A stretch of DNA of 64,000 nt from Gammaproteobacteria bacterium. Lineage in GTDB: Bacteria; Pseudomonadota; Gammaproteobacteria; PS1; Pseudothioglobaceae. The notes under the pieces were generated by a model. It saw nothing but the letters and a program-made list of their open reading frames with translations, ran no database searches and was not told where the DNA came from. Position numbers and translations under genes: made by a program. Location of the stretch: NCBI GenBank assembly GCA_030739975.1, contig JASLYC010000063.1, positions 31,808-95,807 of the forward strand, in the 5' to 3' direction. Below, one piece after another: positions 22,322-32,172 of this stretch. Positions within the stretch are counted from its first letter, which is position 1, and each line of letters begins with the position of its first letter.

Positions 22322-24588
22322 GAAGTTGCTTATATTGCAATACCGATTTGTTATCTGGTAATAGTTTCTGCTCTAACAAATGTGAAAAAGCTTATTCAGA
22401 AATAAATAATAGCGAAACAAAAAAAGCAGAAGGGTCTGAACTTTTTTCTGTATTTGCTGTACCAGACTCTGATAACAGTTACAGCCTAACACTTTCAATA
22501 AGCAACATTCATTGTGCATCCTGTGTACAGAGAGTAGAAAGAGAGCTTTATGAGCACGAAGGTGTCTTATCGGCTAGAGTAAATATGTCCACAGAGAGAT
22601 TAACTTTTTCTTGGAAAGGGGACAAGAAGTATGCAGACATTCTTGCCCAGTCAGTTGTTAAACTTGGGTACGGCTTGATTCCTTTCGGAGACACAGAGAG
22701 CAAAGATGGGCACCAAGATCAAGAGAGGCTACTATTGAGATGTCTTGCCGTAGCAGGTTTTGCGATGGGCAATTTAATGATGATATCTATTGGTCTGTGG
22801 TCTGAAGAGACAAAATTAATGGGAGCTGCTACACAAGGTTTCATGCATTGGATTTCTATAATTATTGCTATACCAGCAATAATATATTCGGGAAGGCCTT
22901 TCTTTTATTCAGCTGTATCAGTATTGAAAAAAGGACATACTAATATGGATGTCCCAATCTCACTTGCAATCATTCTAGCAAGTGGCATGAGCTTTTTTGA
23001 AACAATAAACCATGGCGAACATATTTACTTTGACTCAGCTCTTATGCTACTGTTCTTTCTGTTGATAGGTAGATACCTTGATATTCGAGCCAAAGGTAAG
23101 GCTAGAGAGTCGGCACAGAAACTGCTATCTAAACTTAAAGGAACAGCAACAATACTAGACAAAGGAAAACAAAAAGTCATACCAATTCGTGACCTTAAGG
23201 AAGGAATGAAAATATTAGTTTCAACAGGAGAAAATATCCCGGTTGATGGAACAATATATAAAGGCATTTCTGAACTTGACGTTAGCCTAATTACTGGAGA
23301 AACAATACCAAAAACTGTCCAAGAAGGCGATTCGGTTTTTGCTGGAACTGTTAACATTTCTGCTCCAATCAGAATAACCGCATCCAAGGCAAGCGAGAAC
23401 AGCCTGCTTGGAGATATAGTTAAGTTAATGGAGCAATCAGAAAAGTCAAAGGCCAGATTTGTACGCATCGCCGATAGAGCAGCAAGTCTATATACGCCTA
23501 TAGTACACTTTATGGGGTTACTAACCTTTGTTGGTTGGTGGGCTTTAGGAATTTCTTGGCAGTTGGCCTTATTAAATGCCATTACCGTTCTTATAATTAC
23601 TTGCCCCTGTGCTCTCGGATTGGCAGTTCCGGTAACCCAAGTCCTCGCTCGTGGAATGTTGTTTAAAAATGGTGTCCTTTTAAAATCTGGAGATGCGTTA
23701 GAGAAGTTAGAAAAAGTTGACCTTGTTGTTCTAGATAAAACCGGAACAATAACTATAGGTAAGCCAGAACTTATAGAGGCTAAATATAGCAACAACGAAC
23801 TACAAATGGCTGCCTCGCTTGCGGTTAATAGCAATCATCCATTATCAAAAGCTATCTGCAGAGCTTATACTGGAGATCTATTAGAAATTAATGAGGTAAA
23901 AGAGCTTCCTGGCATGGGTATGCAAGCATTACTGGACGGACAAGAGGCAAGACTTGGAAGCGCTAATTGGTGCGGTAATAGCTCAAATAAAGAGACTGAA
24001 ACCCTTGAGTTATGGCTAAATCTAGAAGGACAAAAGACGTGCTTTAAGTTTATCGATTCATTAAGGTCCGATGCAAAAGATGTAATTAAAAAAATTAAAA
24101 AAGCTGGCTTAGAAGTGTCTCTACTTTCAGGAGACTCTAAACCAATAGTGAAAGAGGTAGCAGAGAGCTTAGGGATTTCAGCATATCATGCACAACTTAC
24201 ACCCATTGAAAAATTCCAATACATAGAATCAATGAAAAAACAAGGAAGAAGAGTTTTGATGGTTGGTGACGGCCTAAATGACGCACCATCGTTAGCATCA
24301 GCTAGTGTTTCAATGTCACCATCAACAGCGATAGATATTTCTCAAAACACTGCCGATGTTGTATTTCAAGGGGAAAAGCTTGCTCCAATATTTAAGACAT
24401 GGAGAGTTGCTATAAAGACAAACAAGTTAATTAAACAAAACTTTACTATAGCCGTTTTGTACAATATTATAGCCATACCATTGGCGATATTTGGTTACGT
24501 GACACCACTAATTGCTGCTATCGCCATGTCAGGATCTTCATTGGTTGTGATTGGGAACAGCTTTCGATTAAACTTGATTAAGGGCTAA
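22273..24588 (+). CDS. ccoI: Copper-translocating P1B-type ATPase for cbb3 maturation (FixI/CcoI)
   Basis: Has an N-terminal Cys motif (CLYCNTDL...FCSNKCEKAY), an HMA domain with CASCVQRVE, the TM CPC motif, DKTGT and GDGLNDAP. Start uncertain (ATG at 22273 or GTG at 22249); either overlaps the end of ccoH. Confidence 0.93.
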   Translation: MESTKTPTKKTHNSELGSCLYCNTDLLSGNSFCSNKCEKAYSEINNSETKKAEGSELFSVFAVPDSDNSYSLTLSISNIHCASCVQRVERELYEHEGVLSARVNMSTERLTFSWKGDKKYADILAQSVVKLGYGLIPFGDTESKDGHQDQERLLLRCLAVAGFAMGNLMMISIGLWSEETKLMGAATQGFMHWISIIIAIPAIIYSGRPFFYSAVSVLKKGHTNMDVPISLAIILASGMSFFETINHGEHIYFDSALMLLFFLLIGRYLDIRAKGKARESAQKLLSKLKGTATILDKGKQKVIPIRDLKEGMKILVSTGENIPVDGTIYKGISELDVSLITGETIPKTVQEGDSVFAGTVNISAPIRITASKASENSLLGDIVKLMEQSEKSKARFVRIADRAASLYTPIVHFMGLLTFVGWWALGISWQLALLNAITVLIITCPCALGLAVPVTQVLARGMLFKNGVLLKSGDALEKLEKVDLVVLDKTGTITIGKPELIEAKYSNNELQMAASLAVNSNHPLSKAICRAYTGDLLEINEVKELPGMGMQALLDGQEARLGSANWCGNSSNKETETLELWLNLEGQKTCFKFIDSLRSDAKDVIKKIKKAGLEVSLLSGDSKPIVKEVAESLGISAYHAQLTPIEKFQYIESMKKQGRRVLMVGDGLNDAPSLASASVSMSPSTAIDISQNTADVVFQGEKLAPIFKTWRVAIKTNKLIKQNFTIAVLYNIIAIPLAIFGYVTPLIAAIAMSGSSLVVIGNSFRLNLIKG

Positions 24589-24590
24589 TA

Positions 24591-24743
24591 ATGGATGTAT
24601 TGATTTTTTTAATACCTGTCGCACTTTCACTTGGATTAATTGGCCTAGCTGCATTTTTTTGGACACTAAATAATGACCAGTACGAAGACCTAGAGGGTGC
24701 TGCAAATAGAATTCTTATTGACGACGAAAAGATCGACAAGTAG
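24591..24743 (+). CDS. ccoS: cbb3 oxidase maturation protein CcoS (50 aa; not in ORF track)
   Basis: My translation is MDVLIFLIPVALSLGLIGLAAFFWTLNNDQYEDLEGAANRILIDDEKIDK. The single TM helix plus the QYEDLEG-type motif are typical of CcoS/FixS. It starts 3 nt after the ccoI stop. Confidence 0.8.
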   Translation: MDVLIFLIPVALSLGLIGLAAFFWTLNNDQYEDLEGAANRILIDDEKIDK

Positions 24744-24879
24744 CCACACCATAGAGAGTGCAAATCCACCCTTAGTTTATTTTATTTTTTAGCCGCCCAC
24801 AAACAAAAATATTTATTCTTTTGTATTAAGTGACCAAAAAACTCAAGCATAGTTACTAAAATTTCATATAGTAAATTAA

Positions 24880-24960
24880 TGTATACAATTCAATAGTAAT
24901 GTATTGATAACGCCTTATTAATAATTATAATCGACCGTATATTAATTATATTGTATACAA
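24880..24960. promoter_or_regulatory. Two TGTATACA palindromes (candidate GntR-family operator pair) upstream of and overlapping the prp regulator start
   Basis: TGTATACA lies at 24880-24887 and TTGTATACAA at 24951-24960. GntR/FadR-type operators are commonly GT-N-AC palindromes. Confidence 0.4.
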
Positions 24961-25658
24961 TCTTGATCAATAAGCTAACAGATTTATCGAAAAAATCACT
25001 TTCAGACAAGGTGTTTCATGCTATCCGTGAAATGATAGAGACAGGAATAATGCCTCCCGGAAGCAAAATAAGCGAGCCTAATCTAGCAAAAAAACTCGAT
25101 GTGAGTCGAGTGCCAATTAGAGATGCTATATTGAAACTTCAATCCTGTGGTTTAGTTGAAAGGCAAATGAATGTTGGTGCTAAGGTTATTACATTGTCTG
25201 CTGCAAAGTTAATTGATATCTATCATATAAGAGAAAGGTTAGAGGGGCTGGCAGCAAAATTTACAGCAGAAAAGATCAGCGACAAAGATATAAATTACCT
25301 CCTATTGCTTCTAGAAAATCAAAAGAAACCTCTCAAAGAAAAGCAAGAGTATTATCAAGAAGGCGGTGATTTAGATATCCATTATTTGATAGTAAAGTCT
25401 TGTAATAATGAGCAACTAATTCAGTTATTTAATGATTCTTTGTATTATTTAATTCGTGTTTATCGTTTTCAGTTCGGAATGAGGGGGCGCAGAGTTAACA
25501 GTGCTTACCAGGAACACAAAGCTATCGTTAATGCGATAGCTAATCGTGATGGTGAGATGGCTGAAATGCTAATGCGTCAACATATTAGAGCTTCAAGGAA
25601 AGACATAGAAGAGCAACTAATTAAAGGAGTATCCAGTGAACCCAGGAAAATTATTTAG
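24951..25658 (+). CDS. GntR-family (FadR/FCD-type) transcriptional regulator, probable methylcitrate operon regulator; start uncertain (TTG 24951 or 24963)
   Basis: Has an N-terminal winged HTH (ISEPNLAKKLDVSRVPIRDAILKLQSCGLVE) and a C-terminal all-helical FCD-like domain. Lies directly upstream of prpB and overlaps it. Confidence 0.8.
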   Translation: MYTILINKLTDLSKKSLSDKVFHAIREMIETGIMPPGSKISEPNLAKKLDVSRVPIRDAILKLQSCGLVERQMNVGAKVITLSAAKLIDIYHIRERLEGLAAKFTAEKISDKDINYLLLLLENQKKPLKEKQEYYQEGGDLDIHYLIVKSCNNEQLIQLFNDSLYYLIRVYRFQFGMRGRRVNSAYQEHKAIVNAIANRDGEMAEMLMRQHIRASRKDIEEQLIKGVSSEPRKII

Positions 25659-26511
25659 AGAAGCTGTTGACAATAATGCAATACTCCAGTGCATAGGTGC
25701 AACTACAGCCTATCATGCTATTATGGCTGAAAAGTCAGGCGCACAATCTCTTTATGTTTCTGGCGGAGGAGTTGCAGCAGGCTCTCTCGGTGTTCCTGAT
25801 TTAGGAATATCAACACTAAATGATGTTGCTATAGATGTAGAGAGAATATCAGCAAGAACAGAGCTACCAATCTTGGTAGATATTGATACTGGCTGGGGAG
25901 GCTCTTTCAATATTTCGCGCGCTATTTATACACTTGAAAAGGCTGGAGCTGGAGCCGTCCATATAGAAGACCAGGTTCAACAAAAACGCTGTGGACATAG
26001 GCCTAATAAAGAGCTTGTCTCCAAGTCAGAGATGGTAGACCGAATTAAGTCAGCTGTTGATGCACGAAGATGCGATGATTTTGTAATTATGGCTAGAACA
26101 GACTCATTGGCAGTTCATGGACTGGAAGCTTCTATTGACATTATAGGAGATTGCATAGAAGCTGGTGCAGATATGATTTTTCCAGAGGCTATAACAGACA
26201 TTGGTATGTACAAGAAAATTACATCAATTTTTGATGTTCCAGTGCTAGCCAATATTACAGAGTTTGGTAAAACCCCGCTACTTACAACTGATGACTTGGC
26301 TGCTGCTGGAGTCAAGATAGCGCTTTATCCTCTATCTGCTTTTAGGGCGGCAAATGCAGCAGCACTGAAAGTTTATCAAGAAATTATAACTAAAGGCACA
26401 CAGCAGGGGGTTGTCGACACAATGCAGACTCGCGAAGAGCTCTACAGTTATTTGGAGTACCACGAATACGAAAAAAAATTAGATAACTTATTTAACAATG
26501 GAGGACAATAA
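25636..26511 (+). CDS. prpB: 2-methylisocitrate lyase
   Basis: 291 aa. PGKLFREAV...[25 protein letters not shown] and KRCGHRP match PrpB. GTG start after an AAGGAG RBS. Confidence 0.93.
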   Translation: MNPGKLFREAVDNNAILQCIGATTAYHAIMAEKSGAQSLYVSGGGVAAGSLGVPDLGISTLNDVAIDVERISARTELPILVDIDTGWGGSFNISRAIYTLEKAGAGAVHIEDQVQQKRCGHRPNKELVSKSEMVDRIKSAVDARRCDDFVIMARTDSLAVHGLEASIDIIGDCIEAGADMIFPEAITDIGMYKKITSIFDVPVLANITEFGKTPLLTTDDLAAAGVKIALYPLSAFRAANAAALKVYQEIITKGTQQGVVDTMQTREELYSYLEYHEYEKKLDNLFNNGGQ

Positions 26512-27650
26512 TGACAACCACCTTTAAACCCAAAAAATCAGTTGCACTTTCAGGTGTAACCGCAGGCAACACTTCTGTATGTACAGTAGGGAGGACAGGA
26601 AACGACCTACATTATCGAGGCTACGATATTCTTGACCTTGCCGAGCAATGCGAATTCGAAGAAGTTGCTTATTTATTGGTTCATGGGAGGCTACCCAACA
26701 TTAAAGAATTAGATAAATATAAAGAAAAACTGGTCTCTCTAAGAGAGCTACCAGACACTCTCAAAACTGTACTTGAACAGATGCCTAAATCTGCCCACCC
26801 TATGGATGTACTTAGGACGGGATGTTCACATTTAGGAACTGTTGAACCGGAAACAGACATTTCAGATAGCAATAAAACTAGAGACATAATTGATAGATTG
26901 TTGGCTTCATTTGGTTCAATGTTAGCTTACTGGTATCATTATTCTCACAACTCTAAGCGCATCGAACTGCAAACAGAAGATGACTCAATAGGAGCTCACT
27001 TTTTAAACCTTCTTCATGGCAAAGCTGCCCCAGATTCTTGGAAAAAAGCAATGCACATATCTTTGGTACTGTATGCAGAACACGAGTTTAATGCATCTAC
27101 ATTTGCAGCTCGAGTTATTGCAGGCACAAACTCAGATATATACTCATCAATCACAGGAGCTATAGGAGCTCTTCGTGGTCCAAAGCACGGAGGCGCAAAC
27201 GAAGAAGCGTTTAGAATTCAACAACGTTATCAAAGTCCAAATGAGGCCGAAGCTGATATTCGTAAGCGTATTGCTAATAAAGAGATTGTGATAGGATTTG
27301 GCCACCCTGTATACACAATTAGTGACCCTAGAAACGAAAAAATTAAAAAAGTAGCTAAAGACTTGTCAGTTGAAGCTAATGAAACATTAATGTTCGATGT
27401 AGCAGAACGACTAGAGTCAGTGATGATGGAAATTAAAAGTATGTTTCCAAATCTTGACTGGTTTTCTGCCGTATCTTATAACCAAATGGGCATACCAACA
27501 GATATGTTTACCCCTTTATTTGTAATGTCAAGGATAACCGGCTGGGGCGCACATGTTATTGAGCAAAGAGATGATGGAAAAATAATTCGACCCAACGCAA
27601 ACTATACCGGACCAGACAACCTTCAAATTACACCAATTAAAGAACGATAA
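26511..27650 (+). CDS. prpC: 2-methylcitrate synthase
   Basis: 379 aa. [51 protein letters not shown] is near-identical in pattern to E. coli PrpC. Confidence 0.95.
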   Translation: MTTTFKPKKSVALSGVTAGNTSVCTVGRTGNDLHYRGYDILDLAEQCEFEEVAYLLVHGRLPNIKELDKYKEKLVSLRELPDTLKTVLEQMPKSAHPMDVLRTGCSHLGTVEPETDISDSNKTRDIIDRLLASFGSMLAYWYHYSHNSKRIELQTEDDSIGAHFLNLLHGKAAPDSWKKAMHISLVLYAEHEFNASTFAARVIAGTNSDIYSSITGAIGALRGPKHGGANEEAFRIQQRYQSPNEAEADIRKRIANKEIVIGFGHPVYTISDPRNEKIKKVAKDLSVEANETLMFDVAERLESVMMEIKSMFPNLDWFSAVSYNQMGIPTDMFTPLFVMSRITGWGAHVIEQRDDGKIIRPNANYTGPDNLQITPIKER

Positions 27651-27661
27651 GGAATCAATAT

Positions 27662-29140
27662 ATGAACTCAAAAAGAGTAAAAGACGCAAGTCGATCGACA
27701 AGCTTTGACAAGGTAATTACAGATATAGCAGATTATGTAATAAACTTCGACGTCACCGTTTCAAATGAAGCTATGGAGACAGCTAGATACTGTTTTATGG
27801 ATACCATTGGTTGTGGCTTATATGCATTAAAGTATCCCGCATGCACTAAACTTCTAGGTCCGGTAGTTCCTGGTGCAACACTACATAATGGTGCACGTGT
27901 TCCTGGGACAGAATACGAGCTTGACCCTATAAGGAGTGCCTTCAACATAGGAGCGATGGTTCGTTGGCTGGACTTTAACGATACCTGGTTAGCGGCAGAA
28001 TGGGGGCACCCTTCTGATAACTTAGGGGCTATACTAGCCACTGCAGACTATTTGTCAAGATCAAATATAGCCAAAGGAAAGCCCGGTCTAACAATGAAAG
28101 ATGTCTTAATTGCTATGATCAAAGCACACGAGGTGCAAGGGGTCATTGGTCTTGAAAACAGTTTTAACCTTGTAGGGCTTGACCACGTTATGTTGGTTCG
28201 AATTGCTTCAGCTGCAGTTACAGCCAAGATGATTGGTTGTAGTCGAGAAGAAATTCTTAACGCTATTTCTAATTCCTGGGTTGATGGTTCAGCTCTAAGA
28301 ACATATAGACATGCACCTAACACAGGACCACGAAAATCATGGGCTGCAGGTGACGCAACTGCAAGAGGACTGCATCTAGCTTTTATGGCAAAGAGAGGTG
28401 AGATGGGCTATCCTAGTGCTATAACAGCGCCAATTTGGGGCTTCCAGGATGTTCTTTTTAAAGGCAACGAGCTCTCTTTTAAACAAGATTATGGAACATA
28501 CGTAATGGAAAATATATTATTTAAAATCAGCTTTCCTGCAGAATTTCATGCACAAACGGCAGTTGAAGCTTCTATTAACTTACATCCTCTTGTTAAAGAC
28601 AGACTAGAAGAGATAGAAAAAATTGTTATTCAGACCCAACAATCAGGCGATAGGATAATTAACAAAACAGGCAAATTAGATAACCCAGCGGACAGAGATC
28701 ACTGCATCCAATACATGACAGCAATCGCACTAATTAAAGGGTCTTTGGTAGCTGAAGATTACGAGGACAAGGTTGCTAGCATGCCAATGATTGATGAGCT
28801 TCGATCTAAGATGATAGTAGAAGAAAACCCACTCTTTTCTAAAGAGTACTTCGAGCAAGATAAGCGCTCAATTGGGAATTCAATACAGGTGTTCTTTAAT
28901 GATGGCACCTCAACACATTTAGAGAGTATAGATTACCCAGTCGGTCACCGTCGCAGACGTGATGAAGGTATACCACTACTAATTGAAAAGTTCGAACGTT
29001 ATGTTACTGGGCATATGGAAAAGCATAAGTCTAGCCAAATATTACATATATGTTCGTCTCAAGAATTGTTTGAAAATACTAGTGTTGATGATATGATGTC
29101 ATTACTTTCTAGTCAACAGAAACAATTGGCCGCTATGTAA
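27662..29140 (+). CDS. prpD: 2-methylcitrate dehydratase
   Basis: 492 aa. The block DTIGCGLYALKYPACTKLLGPVVPG...WLDFNDTWLAAEWGHPSDNLG is a PrpD/MmgE family hallmark. Confidence 0.95.
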   Translation: MNSKRVKDASRSTSFDKVITDIADYVINFDVTVSNEAMETARYCFMDTIGCGLYALKYPACTKLLGPVVPGATLHNGARVPGTEYELDPIRSAFNIGAMVRWLDFNDTWLAAEWGHPSDNLGAILATADYLSRSNIAKGKPGLTMKDVLIAMIKAHEVQGVIGLENSFNLVGLDHVMLVRIASAAVTAKMIGCSREEILNAISNSWVDGSALRTYRHAPNTGPRKSWAAGDATARGLHLAFMAKRGEMGYPSAITAPIWGFQDVLFKGNELSFKQDYGTYVMENILFKISFPAEFHAQTAVEASINLHPLVKDRLEEIEKIVIQTQQSGDRIINKTGKLDNPADRDHCIQYMTAIALIKGSLVAEDYEDKVASMPMIDELRSKMIVEENPLFSKEYFEQDKRSIGNSIQVFFNDGTSTHLESIDYPVGHRRRRDEGIPLLIEKFERYVTGHMEKHKSSQILHICSSQELFENTSVDDMMSLLSSQQKQLAAM

Positions 29141-29177
29141 CTCTTCATCCAATTGTTTTTTATAAGGTGAAAAGACA

Positions 29178-30797
29178 ATGGATAAATTAAAGCGTGCGGC
29201 AGATTATATAGCAGATGGGCTATATAATGCCGGATGTCGTTATGCATTTGGTATGCCTGGAGGAGAAGTTCTAAGTGTTCTTGATGCTCTAAAAAAATCA
29301 GGCATTGAGTTCATTCTTTGTAAACACGAAAATAATGGCGGCCATATGGCTGAGGGTGTTTATCAAAGAACCGGAAAACTAGGTGTATTGCTTGTAACTA
29401 TAGGTCCAGGTGCGACAAACATAGTCAATGCAGTAGCAAATTCATACCAAGAGAGGGTTCCACTTATAGTCATTACTGGGTGTATTGATACAGAGGCAGA
29501 ATCTTACTATACTCATCAGGTGCTTGACCATCAAAAGGTTTTTGCAGGGGTAACCAAAGCTAGCTTCAAGGTTAGCGCAGCAACAATTGATATAGTAGTT
29601 GATAAGGCTATCAAAATTGCTACTACTGGTCAGCCCGGTCCAGTGCATATTGATGTGCCAGTTGGTATGGCTGATGTTAAAGTTGAGCCAAGCCTTCATA
29701 ATAAAACTGCTTTGCCCTCAGCGATGGTTCCAGCACCAACAGCTGACCTTTTGCGTGCGCAAGAATTATTTGCAAACTCTAAAAAACCACTACTAATTGC
29801 CGGCATTGACTCTATAAACCAAAATGCAGAAGAGGCAATAGAGTGGTTCGTAAAAAAATACAAAGTACCAATAATTACAACATACAAAAGTAAGGGTGTA
29901 GTTTCTGAGTACGATCCATTGTCTCTAGGGGGCGCGGGTTTATCGCCAAAAGCAGACAAAATACTATTAAAACTGTTAAAGCAGGCAGACTTGATAATTG
30001 GCGCTGGTTATGACCCGATAGAGATGCGTGATAACTGGAAAGATATTTGGGATATAAACAAAGTAGGAATGATAGATATCACTGCAACCATTAATAATCA
30101 TTACATGCACAGCTCTACTGTCAATTTTGTTGGCGATGTTGGTGCAAGCTTGAGGTCTATAGCTGAAGATATTAAGCCTTTTGTGGTTTGGGCAGATAGG
30201 CAGCCAGAAAAAACAAGAAGAGAACTACAACTAGCATTTAGTCCGACAAAAGAATGGGGCCCGTCTCTAGTTATAGAAAGCATTAGAAAGCTTGTTCCAA
30301 AAAATACTATTGCTACTTGTGATACAGGTGCACATAAAATCCTACTATCTCAGATGTGGAAGTGCTCCCAATCTAAAACGCTATTACAGTCTAACTCTTT
30401 AAGCACTATGGCAACTGCACTTCCTTTGGCAATTGGGGCACAGATTGCTGAGCCCAAAAGAAAAGTGGTAGCTTTTACAGGAGATGCTGGTTTATTGATG
30501 TGTTTAGGGGAGTTATCTACAGTTAAAGAAATGAACCTGCCGATTATCTTTATTGTTTTTGTTGATTATTCAATAGCTCTAATTGAGAAAAAACAACGTG
30601 AGAGAGGCTTTGATAATGCCGGAGTTGACTTTAACTATGTTGATTTTTCAGCACTAGCAAAAGCTTTTGGAGGTGATGGTTATGATGCTCATAACAAGCA
30701 ACAACTAGAGTCATCTTTAAAGAGTGCGTTAAGTAATAAAAACTTTACTATTATTTCTTGCCACTTGCCAAAATTTTCCTATGATGGGAAGTTCTAA
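29178..30797 (+). CDS. Thiamine-diphosphate-dependent enzyme, acetolactate-synthase-large-subunit-like; substrate unknown
   Basis: 539 aa with an N-terminal Pyr domain (GMPGGEVLSVLDAL...GPGATNIVNAVANSYQERVPLIVITG), a central domain, and a C-terminal ThDP motif GDAG...FVDYS. It begins 38 nt after prpD. Confidence 0.8.
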   Translation: MDKLKRAADYIADGLYNAGCRYAFGMPGGEVLSVLDALKKSGIEFILCKHENNGGHMAEGVYQRTGKLGVLLVTIGPGATNIVNAVANSYQERVPLIVITGCIDTEAESYYTHQVLDHQKVFAGVTKASFKVSAATIDIVVDKAIKIATTGQPGPVHIDVPVGMADVKVEPSLHNKTALPSAMVPAPTADLLRAQELFANSKKPLLIAGIDSINQNAEEAIEWFVKKYKVPIITTYKSKGVVSEYDPLSLGGAGLSPKADKILLKLLKQADLIIGAGYDPIEMRDNWKDIWDINKVGMIDITATINNHYMHSSTVNFVGDVGASLRSIAEDIKPFVVWADRQPEKTRRELQLAFSPTKEWGPSLVIESIRKLVPKNTIATCDTGAHKILLSQMWKCSQSKTLLQSNSLSTMATALPLAIGAQIAEPKRKVVAFTGDAGLLMCLGELSTVKEMNLPIIFIVFVDYSIALIEKKQRERGFDNAGVDFNYVDFSALAKAFGGDGYDAHNKQQLESSLKSALSNKNFTIISCHLPKFSYDGKF

Positions 30798-30853
30798 TTA
30801 GCTAACTATATTCAATTTAGCATATATATCTTTGCCAAATTGGTGTATATTTG

Positions 30854-30886
30854 AACTCTATACTAAAAAATTATTAGAGTTTTTTA
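30854..30886 (+). terminator. Weak AT-rich stem-loop plus T-run, possible end of the prp operon
   Basis: AACTCTA-14 nt-TAGAGTT followed by TTTT. Confidence 0.35.
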
Positions 30887-30917
30887 GTTGTGGAATGAAA
30901 AATTTGCAAGTATTTTT

Positions 30918-30938
30918 AGATTAAATATATTTTAATCT
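30918..30938. promoter_or_regulatory. Inverted repeat AGATTAAA-N5-TTTAATCT upstream of the TAXI gene (candidate operator)
   Basis: Perfect 8-bp arms about 50 nt upstream of the ATG at 30988. The AT-rich context lowers its significance. Confidence 0.3.
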
Positions 30939-30987
30939 TGCTTATTTTTTTTCTAAATTTTTTTTGTTTATATAAGGAGAGTAATAA

Positions 30988-31971
30988 ATGTTAAAAATTA
31001 AAAGTAAAACTTTACTAGGCACAGCGGCATTTTTTATAGCAATCGCTACTGCTCCTAGCTCTGCAATAGCTGCTTCATCACAGTATGTTTCAATTGGAAC
31101 TGGCGGAGTAACAGGGGTATATTATCCTACCGGCGGTGCAATTTGTCGTTTAGCTAACAAAACCAGAAAAGAAACAGGGGTTCGTTGTACTGTAGAGTCT
31201 ACAGGTGGTTCTGTTTATAATATAAACGCTATCAGAAATGGCGATTTAGAGATGGGTGTTGCTCAATCAGATTGGCAGTACCATGCATATAATGGCACAT
31301 CTAAATTTAAAGACGTTGGAGCGTATAAGGACTTAAGAGCTGTTTTTTCTGTGCATGCTGAGCCGGCAACAATTGTAGCCAGAGCAGATTCTGGTGTTAA
31401 GCATATTACAGACTTAAAAGGTAAGCGCTTTAATGTTGGTAATCAAGGATCTGGTACTCGTGCTACATGGGAAGTTATGGCAGAATCAATGGGCATGTCA
31501 AACTCTGACTTGGCGCTAGCTACAGAGCTTAAATCTTCAGAAATGGCGTCGGCTTTATGTGATAACAAGATTGACGCTTTTGTTATTTTGATTGGTCACC
31601 CAGGAAGCCTAGTAAAAGAAGTTACAACTAACTGCGATGCTAGACTAGTTGAAATTTCAGGAGCTGGGATAGATGGCTTGATCGCGAATAACGATTTTTA
31701 TCGTAGCGCAACTATTCCAGGTGGAATGTATGCTGGAAACCCTGATGACACAACAACATTTGGTGTTGGTGCAACATTTGTAACTTCTGCAAAAGTGTCT
31801 GATCACGCTGTATATTCAATCGTGAAAGGAGTATTTGACAACTTTGATAAGTTTAAAAAACTACACCCAGCGTTTAACCACTTAAAAGAGTCTGAAATGA
31901 TTAGTGATGCTCTTTCAGCGCCATTACATAGCGGTGCTGTTAAGTACTATAAAGAGCGCGGATGGATGTAA
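30988..31971 (+). CDS. TRAP transporter solute receptor, TAXI family
   Basis: 327 aa with a signal peptide. SIGTGGVTGVYYPTGGAICR and the C-terminal LHSGAVKYYKERG are TAXI-family signatures. Confidence 0.9.
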   Translation: MLKIKSKTLLGTAAFFIAIATAPSSAIAASSQYVSIGTGGVTGVYYPTGGAICRLANKTRKETGVRCTVESTGGSVYNINAIRNGDLEMGVAQSDWQYHAYNGTSKFKDVGAYKDLRAVFSVHAEPATIVARADSGVKHITDLKGKRFNVGNQGSGTRATWEVMAESMGMSNSDLALATELKSSEMASALCDNKIDAFVILIGHPGSLVKEVTTNCDARLVEISGAGIDGLIANNDFYRSATIPGGMYAGNPDDTTTFGVGATFVTSAKVSDHAVYSIVKGVFDNFDKFKKLHPAFNHLKESEMISDALSAPLHSGAVKYYKERGWM

Positions 31972-31993
31972 TTTAATAACTATAAGCAAAATG

Positions 31994-32020
31994 AAAAAGG
32001 CAGATATGTTCTGCCTTTTT
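31994..32020 (+). terminator. Rho-independent terminator/attenuator after the TAXI receptor gene
   Basis: AAAAAGGCAG-ATATGTT-CTGCCTTTTT. Confidence 0.75.
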
Positions 32021-32172
32021 CACTATATATAATATTTTAATATTATTACAGCCTATTAAATAATTCTACAGCTTAGTTATTTATGTTCACTTATGAACAT
32101 AACAATTTGTGTTTTTATTGAAGCATAAGCGTTGTTATATTTAATTAGGCAAGCTAATCGGAGTGTCATTAA

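Noticed and set aside
23025-23834. 269-aa ORF antisense to ccoI, and similar long antisense ORFs at 43141-43746, 39614-40096, 11257-11658, 11936-12349 and 19968-20372.
   Set aside because: All lie fully inside strongly conserved genes on the opposite strand. They have Ser/Arg/Leu/Pro-rich low-complexity translations typical of shadow frames, with no RBS or recognisable motif. They are best explained by codon bias of the sense gene.
30891-30908. Possible sigma54 promoter TGGAAT-N-TTGCA upstream of the TAXI gene; a similar TGG...TGC at 44949-44962 upstream of gmaS.
   Set aside because: The GG-to-GC spacing is off by two nt and one nt respectively from the fixed -24/-12 geometry, and no sigma54 activator gene is nearby.
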